Source: Macrostomum hystrix (lineage: Eukaryota > Animalia > Platyhelminthes). From it: a DNA stretch of 64,000 nt. Positions within the stretch are counted from its first letter, which is position 1. The number at the start of each line of letters is the position of its first letter. Position numbers and translations under genes: made by a program. Where the stretch lies: positions 992,001-1,056,000 of the forward strand of contig CATNEN010000033.1 in the NCBI GenBank assembly GCA_950097015.1, given 5' to 3'. The notes under the pieces are model-generated. The model was given only the letters and a program-made list of their open reading frames with translations. It made no database searches and had not been told where the DNA came from. Below, piece by piece: positions 23,850-35,708 of this stretch.

Positions 23850-26800
23850 AACTGACACTTGATTCGAAAAATAAGTTGATTTAGGAAAATGACACCTGAC
23901 TAAATAAAGATGACACTTGATTCTGGAAAATGACACCTGATTCTGGAAAATGACACTTGATTCTGGAAAATGACACCTGCTTAAGAAACACGACACCTGA
24001 TTAAGGAAAATGACACCTGACTAAATAAAGATGACACTTGATTCTGGAAAATGACACCTGATTCTGGAAAATGACATCTGATTCTGGAAAATGACACTTG
24101 ATTCTGGAAAATGACACTTGATTCTGGAAAATGACATCTGATTCTGGAAAATGACACCTACTTAAGGAAGACGACACCTGATTCGGGAAACGACACCTGC
24201 TTAAGGAAGACGACACCTGATTAAGGAAGATGACACATGATTCTAGAAAACGACACCCGAATCAGGAAATTGACACTTGATTCAGGAAATTGACACTTGA
24301 TTCAGGAAATTGACACTTGATTCAGGAAATTGACACTTGATTCAGGAAGATGACACTTGATTCAGGAAATTGACACTTGATTCAGGAAGATGACACTTGA
24401 TTCAGGAAGTTGTCACTTGATTCAGGAAATTGACACTTGATTCAGGAAATTGACACTTGATTCAGGAAATTGACACTTGATTCAGGAAGTTGTCACTTGA
24501 TTCAGGAAATTGACACTTGATTCAGGAAGATGACACTTGATTCAGTAAGAGGACGCCTGATTAAGGAGATTGACACTTGATTCGGGAAAACGACACCCGA
24601 ATCAGTAAATTGACACTTGATTCAGGAAGTTGACACTTGATTCAGGAAATTGACACTTGATTCAGGAAGTTGACACTTGATTCAGGAAATTGACACTTGA
24701 TTCAGGAAGATGACACTTGATTCAGGAAATTGACACTTGATTCAGGAAGATGACACCTGAATCAGTAAATTGACACTTGATTCAGGAAGTTGACACTTGA
24801 TTCAGGAAATTGACACTTGATTCAGGAAGATGACACCTGAATCAGGAAATTGACACTTGATTCAGTAAGAGGACGCCTGATTAAGGAAATTGACACTTGA
24901 TTCGGGAAATTGACACTTGATTCAGGAAGATGACACTTGATTCAGGAAATTGACACTTGATTCAGCAAGATGACACTTGATTCAGGAAGTTGACACTTGA
25001 TTCAGGAAATTGACACTTGATTCAGGAAATTGACACTTGATTCAGGAAATTGACACTTGATTCAGGAAGTTGTCACTTGATTCAGGAAATTGACACTTGA
25101 TTCAGAAAGATGACACTTGATTCAGTAAGAGGACGCCTGATTAAGGAGATTGACACTTGATTCGGGAAAACGACACCCGAATCAGTAAATTGACACTTGA
25201 TTCAGGAAGTTGACACTTGATTCAGGAAATTGACACTTGATTCAGGAAATTGACACTTGATTCAGGAAGATGACACCTGAATCAGGAAATTGACACTTGA
25301 TTCAGTAAGAGGACGCCTGATTAAGGAAATTGACACTTGATTCGGGAAATTGACACTTGATTCAGGAAGATGACACTTGATTCAGGAAATTGACACTTGA
25401 TTCAGCAAGATGACACTTGATTCAGGAAGTTGACACTTGATTCAGGAAATTGACACTTGATTCAGGAAGATGACACTTGATTCAGTAAGAGGACGCCTGA
25501 TTAAGGAGATTGACACTTGATTCGGGAAAACGACACCCGAATCAGTAAATTGACACTTGATTCAGGAAGTTGACACTTGATTCAGGAAATTGACACTTGA
25601 TTCAGGAAATTGACACTTGATTCAGGAAGATGACACCTGAATCAGGAAATTGACACTTGATTCAGTAAGAGGACGCCTGATTAAGGAAATTGACACTTGA
25701 TTCGGGAAATTGACACTTGATTCGGGAAATTGACACTTGATTCAGTAAGAGGACGCCTGATTAAGGAAATCGACACTTGATTCGGGAAATTGACACTTGA
25801 TTCGGGAAATTGACACTTGATTCGGGAAATTGACACCTGAATCAGGAAAATGACACTTGATTCGGGAAAACGACACCCGAATCAGGAAATTGACACTTGA
25901 TTCAAGAAATTGACACTTGATTCAGTAAGAGGACGCCTGATTAAGGAAATCGACACTTGATTCGGGAAATTGACACTTGATTCGGGAAAACGACACCTGA
26001 ATCAGGAAAATGACACTTGATTCGGGAAAACGACACCTGAATCAGGAAAATGACACTTGATTCGGGAAAACGACACCTGAATCAGGAAAATGACACTTGA
26101 TTCGGGAAAACGACACCTGAATCAGGAAAATGACACTTGATTCGGGAAAACGACACCTGAATCAGGAAAATGACACTTGATTCGGGAAAACGACACCCGA
26201 ATCAGGAAATTGACACTTGATTCAAGAAATTGACACTTGATTCAGGAAGTTGACACTTGATTCAGGAAATTGACACTTGATTCAGGAAATTGACACTTGA
26301 TTCAGGAAATTGACACTTGATTCAGGAAGTTGTCACTTGATTCAGGAAATTGACACTTGATTCAGGAAGATGACACTTGATTCAGTAAGAGGACGCCTGA
26401 TTAAGGAGATTGACACTTGATTCGGGAAAACGACACCCGAATCAGTAAATTGACACTTGATTAAGGAAGTTGACACTTGATTCAGGAAATTGACACTTGA
26501 TTCAGGAAATTGACACTTGATTCAGGAAGATGACACCTGAATCAGGAAATTGACACTTGATTCAGTAAGAGGACGCCTGATTAAGGAAATTGACACTTGA
26601 TTCGGGAAATTGACACTTGATTCAGGAAGATGACACTTGATTCAGGAAATTGACACTTGATTCAGCAAGATGACACTTGATTCAGGAAGTTGACACTTGA
26701 TTCAGGAAATTGACACTTGATTCAGGAAGATGACACTTGATTCAGTAAGAGGACGCCTGATTAAGGAGATTGACACTTGATTCGGGAAAACGACACCCGA

Positions 26801-27875
26801 ATCAGTAAATTGACACTTGATTAAGGAAGTTGACACTTGATTCAGGAAATTGACACTTGATTCAGGAAATTGACACTTGATTCAGGAAGATGACACCTGA
26901 ATCAGGAAATTGACACTTGATTCAGTAAGAGGACGCCTGATTAAGGAAATTGACACTTGATTCGGGAAATTGACACTTGATTCAGGAAGATGACACTTGA
27001 TTCAGGAAATTGACACTTGATTCAGCAAGATGACACTTGATTCAGGAAGTTGACACTTGATTCAGGAAATTGACACTTGATTCAGGAAGATGACACTTGA
27101 TTCAGTAAGAGGACGCCTGATTAAGGAGATTGACACTTGATTCGGGAAAACGACACCCGAATCAGTAAATTGACACTTGATTCAGGAAGTTGACACTTGA
27201 TTCAGGAAATTGACACTTGATTCAGGAAATTGACACTTGATTCAGGAAATTGACACTTGATTCAGGAAGATGACACCTGAATCAGGAAATTGACACTTGA
27301 TTCAGTAAGAGGACGCCTGATTAAGGAAATTGACACTTGATTCGGGAAAACGACACCCGAATCAGGAAATTGACACTTGATTCAGGAAATTGACACTTGA
27401 TTCAGGAAATTGACACTTGATTCAGTAAGAGGACGCCTGATTAAGGAAATCGACACTTGATTCGGGAAATTGACACTTGATTCGGGAAATTGACACTTGA
27501 TTCGGGAAATTGACACCTGAATCAGGAAAATGACACTTGATTCGGGAAAACGACACCCGAATCAGGAAATTGACACTTGATTCAAGAAATTGACACTTGA
27601 TTCAGTAAGAGGACGCCTGATTAAGGAAATCGACACTTGATTCGGGAAATTGACACTTGATTCGGGAAAACGACACCTGAATCAGGAAAATGACACTTGA
27701 TTCGGGAAAACGACACCTGAATCAGGAAAATGACACTTGATTCGGGAAAACGACACCTGAATCAGGAAAATGACACTTGATTCAGGAAGATGACACTTGA
27801 TTCGGGAAAACGACACCTGAATCAGGAAAATGACACTTGATTCGGGGAAACGACACCTGAATCAGGAAAATGACA
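23850..27875. repeat. 20-bp satellite TTCAGGAAATTGACACTTGA with higher-order structure
   Basis: About 200 copies; variant blocks recur at 360-bp spacing. Confidence 0.98.
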
Positions 27876-28289
27876 AAGCAATCGCGCCCGAAATCAAAAG
27901 ACAGACTTTCTGTTCAAGTGACTACTTTTAATTTCATCTTTTTTGTATGTTAAAAAATCGCAGACAAGAATTTGAAAGAGGCTAGGACAATACTCGGCTG
28001 TAACGCACAGAATATTTATCTGCCCTGGTTATTGCCCTGGAAACGGCTTACATTGTTTAGAATGATCAACATTAGAAACGGTAATAGAAATGGGAATATA
28101 GGCAATAGCAAAGTGAAAACAGACAAATGGAATTGACCTAGCAGCGGGTATTGACCTTGACATTCTGCTATAATTTCAATTGGATCAACACGTTTGGGTC
28201 CATGGATACGGGCGAACTAGCATACCTAACAACGACGAAGATACTGTATCACCACGGCCTTACAATAGGTACACGATTTAAAACACTTT

Positions 28290-28500
28290 TTCCTCGGATA
28301 TCCCAGCAACAGATATCATTGGCTAATACCATAAGAAACACAGTTCTAAAAGCAAACCCTAGCAACAGTGATTTACCTTGGATGCCTCCAACCAACTGGG
28401 GTTTACGTTAGATACCTCCCTAGCAACTGTAATTTACCTTAGATACCAACCTAGCAACTGTAATTTACTTTGCATACCACCCTAGCAACTGAGATTTAGC
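28290..28500. repeat. Degenerate ~31-bp repeat with a CCTAGCAAC core
   Basis: CCTAGCAAC(A/T)G occurs 4 times, plus one CCCAGCAAC. Confidence 0.7.
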
Positions 28501-29011
28501 ATCGATAACTTCTTAGATATTTGGATGTACCTTTTAGTATAGTCAAGCTAAAAATATCTTTATACACCGTAAAAAAACTAGAAAAATAGGAAAAAATAGA
28601 AAGCAATTGCACTGAAAAATAGTTAATAAACAATGCGCTTTCGTACCATTTTTTCTGAAAATTAACAGTCTGAAAAGTGACAGTAAACAATCAGAGAACT
28701 AAGCTGGTGAAGCATATTGCCTACTACTATTATCTATAGTGCACTATACTGTACGATAAATACCCGAATAGATCGTAAATCATTTAGTTACATAAATCCA
28801 CTCAGATACCATTGCTTTACATCAACAATGAAACTTGTTGCCCAATACTTGGAGCTTCTAATTTCAGAACGAACGGAAACCTAGGTAGGTCTACTAAACG
28901 GATGCCAAAAATTAGCTTAAAATAGAACTATCTTGATTTTGAACATTCCAAAATAACTTAGCAAAAAATAGCAAGAACATTGGCGCAAGAAATTAGCATT
29001 AGCTTCTTTTT

Positions 29012-29017
29012 TTAATG

Positions 29018-29054
<37 letters not shown>

Positions 29055-32000
29055 TGATGCAGCGGCGGCGTCGGCGGCGGCGGCGGCGGCGGCGGCGGAG
29101 CCATGACACCCGGGGCGGAAGGTAGCGGACTGATGACTTGGCGACACTCGCGACAGCGATGCTGCTGCTGCTGTTGCTGAGGCTCAAAAACAGCAGACGA
29201 GCCGGCGACACCCTGCTCAAGATCCGAGCCCGCATCGGACTCAGATAGGTTGCGGGTGAGCCGGTCACGCTTGTCCGACTCAACCTGCAGCCGGCGCTTG
29301 AGTCGAGTGTTCTCCTGCACAAGACAGCGCTCCTCCTGCTCCAATTTGCTCATCTTCTGCTTGTGCTCAGCCTGGCTCTGGTCCAACTGGTGGCGCAGGC
29401 AGTCCAGGTCTGATTTGAGCTGGCTGATGTGACTGGCCATGGCCTCCGGATCTGTCAGGCTGCACTCCACCTGCCAAGGGGGCAGCGAAACTCGTCATCT
29501 TACAATTTGGCAGCTACAATTAGTCCATGGACTAGCAAGACGCCACACCCACCCTCAATCACCCAGCTGGTATCCATTTAACAACTGGGTGAACCGAAGC
29601 AATGCAGAGAGTTAAATGCCTCGCTAAAGGAGACGAATTGTTTCTGCGGAGTCGGGAATCGAACCCCCGACCTTTAAGTCGTGAGTCCCTATAAGAGTTT
29701 TAATATCATTTGATATCCGCCTATTTTCCGAGTGCACTGGACTGCTGTTGCTAGAGTTTTTGGATATAAAATTTGTGCTAATCTTGGGCACTGGGTTTTA
29801 GTCGACCTTGATATATGCTCTATACATCAGATATCTGAATGACTCTACTTAAAGTAGAAATGGTAGAAATCAGCTGTCAGAATTAAATTTCAATATTCAC
29901 CTGCATATCGGAGGTGCTGGACGACTGGCGACTGCGCCGCGAAGTCTCGGGACCCTCGCCGCTGCCGGATGTGGCAGCGGCCGCGGCTGCGGCGGCCATT
30001 GTGCCCTCGAGACGGCGTTGCAGACTCTTCTTTTCAGCTTCGAGTTTTTCCATGCGCTTCCAGAGTCGGTTAACTAAGGACTCCTGTATGGAATGGTATT
30101 ATTTTTAATTTGCCCTTGCTATTCTCGGCTATTCCCGGACTCTGATACCTGACACCAGTTGCTCATGCCGAAAATTTTACAGTTCAAAGCCAGTGCAATC
30201 CATACCAGATACCATACCAAATCACAGTACTAACCATTCCCAAATCCCAGAGCTACCAATTCCAAGATTTCAGTACTACCAATTCCCAAAATCCCAGTAC
30301 TAACCATTCCCGAATCCCAGTACTACCAATTCCTAAATCCCAGTACTAACCATTCCCAAATCCCAGTACTAACAATTCCCGAATCCCAGTACTACCAATT
30401 CCCAAAATCCCAGTACTAACCATTCCCAAATCCCAGTACTACCGATTCCCAAAATCCCAGTACTAACCATTCCCAAATCCCAGTACTACCGATTCCCAAA
30501 ATCCCAGTACTAATAATTCCCGAATCCCAGTACTACCAATTCCCGAATCCCAGTACTACCGATTCCAAAAATCCCAGTACTAACCATTCCCAAATCCCAG
30601 TACTACCGATTCCCAAAATCCCAGTACTAACAATTCCCGAATCCCAGTACTACCAATTCCCAAACCATAGTACTACCAATTCCCGAATCCCAGTATTACC
30701 AATTCCCGAATCCCAGTACTACCAATTCCCGAATCCCAGTACTACCGATTCCCGAATCCCAGTACTACCAATTCCCGAATCCCAGTACTACCGATTCCAA
30801 AAATCCCAGTACTAACAATTCCCGAATCCCAGTACTACCAATTCCTAAATCCCAGTACTAACCATTCCCAAATCCCAGTACTAACAATTCCCGAATCCCA
30901 GTACTACCAATTCCCAAAATCCCAGTACTAACCATTCCCAAATCCCAGTACTACCGATTCCCAAAATCCCAGTACTAACCATTCCCAAATCCCAGTACTA
31001 CCGATTCCCAAAATCCCAGTACTAATAATTCCCGAATCCCAGTACTACCAATTCCCGAATCCCAGTACTACCGATTCCAAAAATCCCAGTACTAACCATT
31101 CCCGAATCCCAGTACTACCCATTCCCAAATCCCAGTACTAATAATTCCCGAATCCCAGTACTACCGATTCCAAAAATCCCAGTACTACCAATTCCCAAAT
31201 CCCAGTACTACCAATTCCCGAATCCCAGTACTACCAATTCCCGAATCCCAGTACTACCGATTCCAAAAATCCCAGTACTACCAATTCCCAAATCCCAGTA
31301 CTACCAATTCCCGAATCCCAGTACTACCAATTCCCGAATCCCAGTACTACCAATTCCCGAATCCCAGTACTAACAATTCCCGAATCCCAGTACTACCAAT
31401 TCCCGAATCCCAGTACTACCAATTCCCGAATCCCAGTACTACCAATTCCCGAATCCCAGTACTACCAATTCCCACATCCCAGTACTACCTATTTATAAAT
31501 TCCAGGGCATCCTAATCCTAGATCCCACATTCAAATCCCGGTGCATACCTTTCAGACCACACATTCCAATACCAGTACATTCCCAATCACAGGGAAGGCA
31601 TAACATTCCAACGTTCGACTCACCTGCTCCTGCTCGAGCGCATTCTCCAAGGCCACCTTCTCCTGCCGGAGCTGGTCCAGCGAGGCCTGCTTGGCGCAGA
31701 CGTCATTCTCCAGCTTCTCAATTCGCTTCAGCAGCTTGTTGACCTGGGCCTCCTGCTCGCGTTCAAGCTCCATCTCCAGGTCCACCTTCTCCTGGAAGCC
31801 AAGAAAAAAATCGTTTTGTTTGTTAAGGTCTTCACTAGTCCGATATGTAGCGAAAAAGCTCTAACCTGTTTTAGCCGAAATAGTCGCCTGGTGAGATCGT
31901 TGGTTAGGTGCTCCTCCTCCTGCTCGTAGCTCTGCGCCAATCGCTCCTTCTCCTTCTGTAGATTCTGAATCTTCTTCAGCATGGTGTTGGTGATGTACTC

Positions 32001-32834
32001 CTCCTCCTGCTCGGCCTTGGCCTGAATGCTCACACTGGCCCGCCGCAGCTCAAGATTCTCCTGCTGCAGGGACTTCACGCGCAGCTTCAACGTCTCCACC
32101 TCCATGCGGAGCACGCGCTTCTCCTGCATGAATAATTTGAGAAATGCTACTGGTTGATAGTGCTGTGGCATTGCCCCCTTCAGCCTCATCACAGTTGCAC
32201 AGTCTCCCCTCAGCCCCATCACAGTTGCAGTCTCCCCCCAGCCTCATCACAGCTGCACAGCCTCCCCTCAGCTTCATCACAGCTGCACAGCCTCCCCTCA
32301 GCCCCATCACAGTTGCAGTCTCCCCCCAGCCTCATCACAGCTGCACAGTCTCCCCTAAGCTTCATCACAGCTGCACAGCCTCCCCTCAGCTTCATCACAG
32401 CTGCACAGTCTCCCCTAAGCTTCATCACAGCTGCACAGCCTCCCCTCAGCTTCATCACAGCTGCACAGCCTCCCCTCAGCTTCATCACAGCTGCACAGCC
32501 TCCCCTCAGCCTCATCACAGCTGCACAGCCTCCCCTCAGCCTCATCACAGCTGCAGTCTCCCCTCAGCCTCATCACAGCTGCACAGTCTCCCCTAAGCTT
32601 CATCACAGCTGCACAGCCTCCCCTCAGCTTCATCAGAGCTGCACAGCCTGCCCTCAACTTCATCAGAGCTGCACTGCAAATTGCCTAGATTATTAACACA
32701 CTGCATTGCCTACTAACCTGCAGCAGCGAGTCAATTCTTCGTCGCAGTGATTCCATGCCCATTCCAGCAGATACTGAGCCATCAATTGATGACGCATCGG
32801 ATTCTGAGGCGCTGTCGCATTGCATTGACGACAT
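29012..32834 (-). CDS. CCDC6: Coiled-coil domain-containing protein 6; exons 32834-32718, 32123-31866, 31791-31624, 30083-29901, 29470-29012
   Basis: [46 protein letters not shown]|[18 protein letters not shown] and LTRNLSESD match human CCDC6; all introns are phase 0 GT-AG. Confidence 0.93.
29525..29688 (-). mobile_element. tRNA-derived SINE relic in CCDC6 intron 4
   Basis: Minus strand reads GGTCGGGGGTTCGATTCCCGAC (T-arm/B-box), then CTCCTTTAGCGAGGCATTTAAC...GTTCACCCAG...AAATGGATACC, related to 4895-5026. Confidence 0.65.
30215..31490. repeat. About 23-bp minisatellite CCCAGTACTACCAATTCCCGAAT in CCDC6 intron 3
   Basis: About 55 copies with recurring variant blocks. Confidence 0.97.
32170..32672. 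repeat. 30-bp minisatellite CCTCCCCTCAGCTTCATCACAGCTGCACAG in CCDC6 intron 1
   Basis: About 16 copies; source of several spurious repetitive ORFs. Confidence 0.95.
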
Positions 32835-34915
32835 TTTTATCAATACTAGTGGGGTATTTCCAACTAAAATAAATGGATGACCAAAACTATTAAAAAAGCC
32901 AAAACTCAATATGCCAAGCTTTTCACCTTTAGTAGTTTTTCCTATGAACACTATAACAATATACAACTCGAAGTATATTAAGGTAGCGAAAGTTAATAGT
33001 ACAGACAAAATAACTCTTGTCTGAAAACAGGAATGTACTGCAAAGTTAAAATAGGACCATTTCATATTTTTTAATATGAAACTATATAATTGGCATATTG
33101 TTTTGTTTTAAAGAATACACAAATATGTTATGTTACACAAAAGGATGGTGCAATAGGATATCCAATTAATTTGTTTAGTATAGTTTACAGTTCAGAATTC
33201 AGTCTTAAGGAGGGGTTTACATACAGTATTGGGCAAGATTTCTGGTACCTTAATACTTTGATACAATAAGCAATACATTTGGATCCAAGTTTTTGGAAGA
33301 AAGTAACTTTTTTGGCAATATTGGACTTTATTTATAATAAACATAATTTCTAGAGGGCTATGGGCCTGAAGAAACATAATTTCATCAAAAGACAGCAAGT
33401 TTGGCCTTTAAGGGTAAAAAGCAGAAAAAAGTCATCAAATGCTTTTTCCTTGACTGGACCCCAGCCTTGCCACAGAATCTAGCTCAGGAACCTTGGTGCA
33501 AGAGACAAACTGCTATCCGCTATGACACCTACCCCTTGCAACTTGCAATTAAGTTTGTAAATGTTCATAATTGTCTTTTAGTCTAGGTCTTTATATAAAT
33601 TTTTAAACTATACTTTTTGCAAACATAAAATTGCTAATGTTTTAACTACTTTGCTTTAAGGGCTATTAGCAGCTAAAATTTCAAGTTTTTAATGACTAAT
33701 ATAAACATTTTTATGATAAACATGATTTAGATTAGGTTATTTAAAATATGCATCTGCTATCATTAAGTAATCTATTAGGTTGTAAGCTGGTTCAGATTTC
33801 TCGAGTCAGTTACTTAATTTTACTTAACATTTATAATAGAAAAAATAGAAAAACATTAACTTCATCTTTCTGAAGGAATCCTCAAAGCCAAAATCAACAA
33901 GAAAGAAAGTATACACCTAACTGCAATAACTATAAAAATTATAATAGCCAGTGCTAATACTATGCATGCCAATAATGCCTACCTTATCCACACTGCACCT
34001 TGCTGGAATAGGCATACTACTAATGTACCATTAACATAGCTACACTACAACTACACTGATGAAGTAAAAATTTTGTTATGTGCTTAAGAATTGGAGGTGC
34101 AAAAAATAACTTGAATATTTATTCTACATACAATGGAATAGGAATGCCTATTCATTACAAAATAATTAGCTAGCTATTGGCTTTTACTGGCAAAAAATCT
34201 TTTATATGCTTGTTTTACAGTACAGTTTTTTGTTCATGTCTAGTATGCTCTTACATTTTTTATTAGCATAGCTAACTAGCCAGCATTCTTTTCAAATCAT
34301 TTGTTAAACAGATTTTCTGAAAAGTTTCATTTTAAATCAATGCAAAAATATTGGGAAATTATTTTAAAACAATGGGAACCAATGAAACAATGGAAAAATG
34401 ATATAAACTATAGAGAGTGTCAAATGTCATGTCCAAATGGTGCAGGATCACATGTTGAAATTCAGCAGGGGTAATAATAAGGGAGTTTGGGTCCACAATA
34501 AATAATGGTGCTACTGCAGGGCCTCCTAACATGGTTTTAAAACACTTTAAGTGTGTGTTAGTTAACAGTAGAAAAGTAGTAGAGCGTGTTAGCAGAATGC
34601 AGATGTGCTAATACTTCCCTTCCCACTAACCAGTTCATCCTTTTTAGCCATAGACACTGCCAAGCATGCCAACTATTTTGCTTTTAGCTACCCGCACTGA
34701 ACATTTGCTACAGACAAGTTCCTTGGTACCCCAGAAGTAGCCCCAGTTTGTTAAGTGCCAAGAAATTCAATAAATGCAATCAAAATTCCAAGTCATTGAG
34801 ACAAAAGTGCCTAGAAATTCAACCAATGTGATTGAAATTCTAAGTTGTCACATGGATTTAAAATGAAACTTTTCAGAAAAAACTGATTTATTAACATTTC
34901 AAAAAGACTGCCAAC

Positions 34916-35195
34916 CATACATGCGCAACCTCCCAAATCTTAGCAGGTCATGCGACTTAGTTTTTGCTCTCATTTGCGACTTAGTTCATTTCATTGCTCT
35001 ATTTACGACTTAGTTTGCTCTCATTTGCTCTCTTTTTCTCTCCCCTTTTTCCTTTTCTTCATGCCTTCCTTTTTTGTCCCTTGGTCCCCCCTTTGTTTTT
35101 TTTGCGCTTGGTCGATTGGTTTTGTGACTTACCTTGCTTGGCCCTTTTTTCACCCGGCCGGTTCAGCTGGGTCGGCCAGGTGTTGCGCATGTATG
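34916..35195. mobile_element. hAT-type MITE, family A copy 1
   Basis: TIR CATACATGCGCAAC / GTTGCGCATGTATG; flanks CTGCCAAC / CTGCAAAC (7 of 8 TSD match); homologous to 45014-45263. Confidence 0.85.
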
Positions 35196-35533
35196 CTGCA
35201 AACTAGCCACATAAATTAAACAACCATCCACATTAATAGCTATTATGGACATACCAGCATGGGATGGGTGTGGAAAAGCTTACTATAGTAAGGCAGCCAG
35301 CTAGTGTCATAGGCTAGTTGGCTAACTCCAATGATACTACAGGTTAGTAACAAGTCAAGTTGTTTTTCTGACAAAGTAAGTAAAAAATATATTGAATAAT
35401 GTTCAATGAAGTCTTGAAATAGACCTATGTCATAGACAAATATGCTTTAAAAAGCTAATTCAGTATGGCTTAAGCATATCGAACTTTATTATAACCAAAA
35501 AATAGAGTAGGTGCTTGCTTATTTAGTGACAAG

Positions 35534-35708
35534 CAGTGGCCTAGCTAGGGGGGGATTCGGGGTTATATCCCCTCCAAGCAGCAGAAAAATTGTGGGAGAG
35601 TTGAAAGGGGGAGTATTAGCATAAAAACTGTTTATTTTTTAATTGTTCATTCAACTTTTGTTCATTTATCCCCCCTCAAAAATTCCTAGCTACGCCACTC
35701 GGCCACTG
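35534..35708. mobile_element. hAT-type MITE, family B
   Basis: TIR CAGTGGCC / GGCCACTG with an inner CCTAGCTACGCCACT; perfect 8-bp TSD GTGACAAG on both sides. Confidence 0.88.

Noticed and set aside
28151-28411. 86-aa plus-strand ORF
   Set aside because: It starts at TTG, has AT-rich non-coding-like codon usage, shows no recognisable motif, and runs into a degenerate repeat.
29640-29690. Possible tRNA gene
   Set aside because: Only a T-arm/B-box is recognisable; there is no full cloverleaf and it continues into a SINE body.
32050-32696. Several repetitive ORFs on both strands
   Set aside because: These are readings of the 30-bp array in CCDC6 intron 1.
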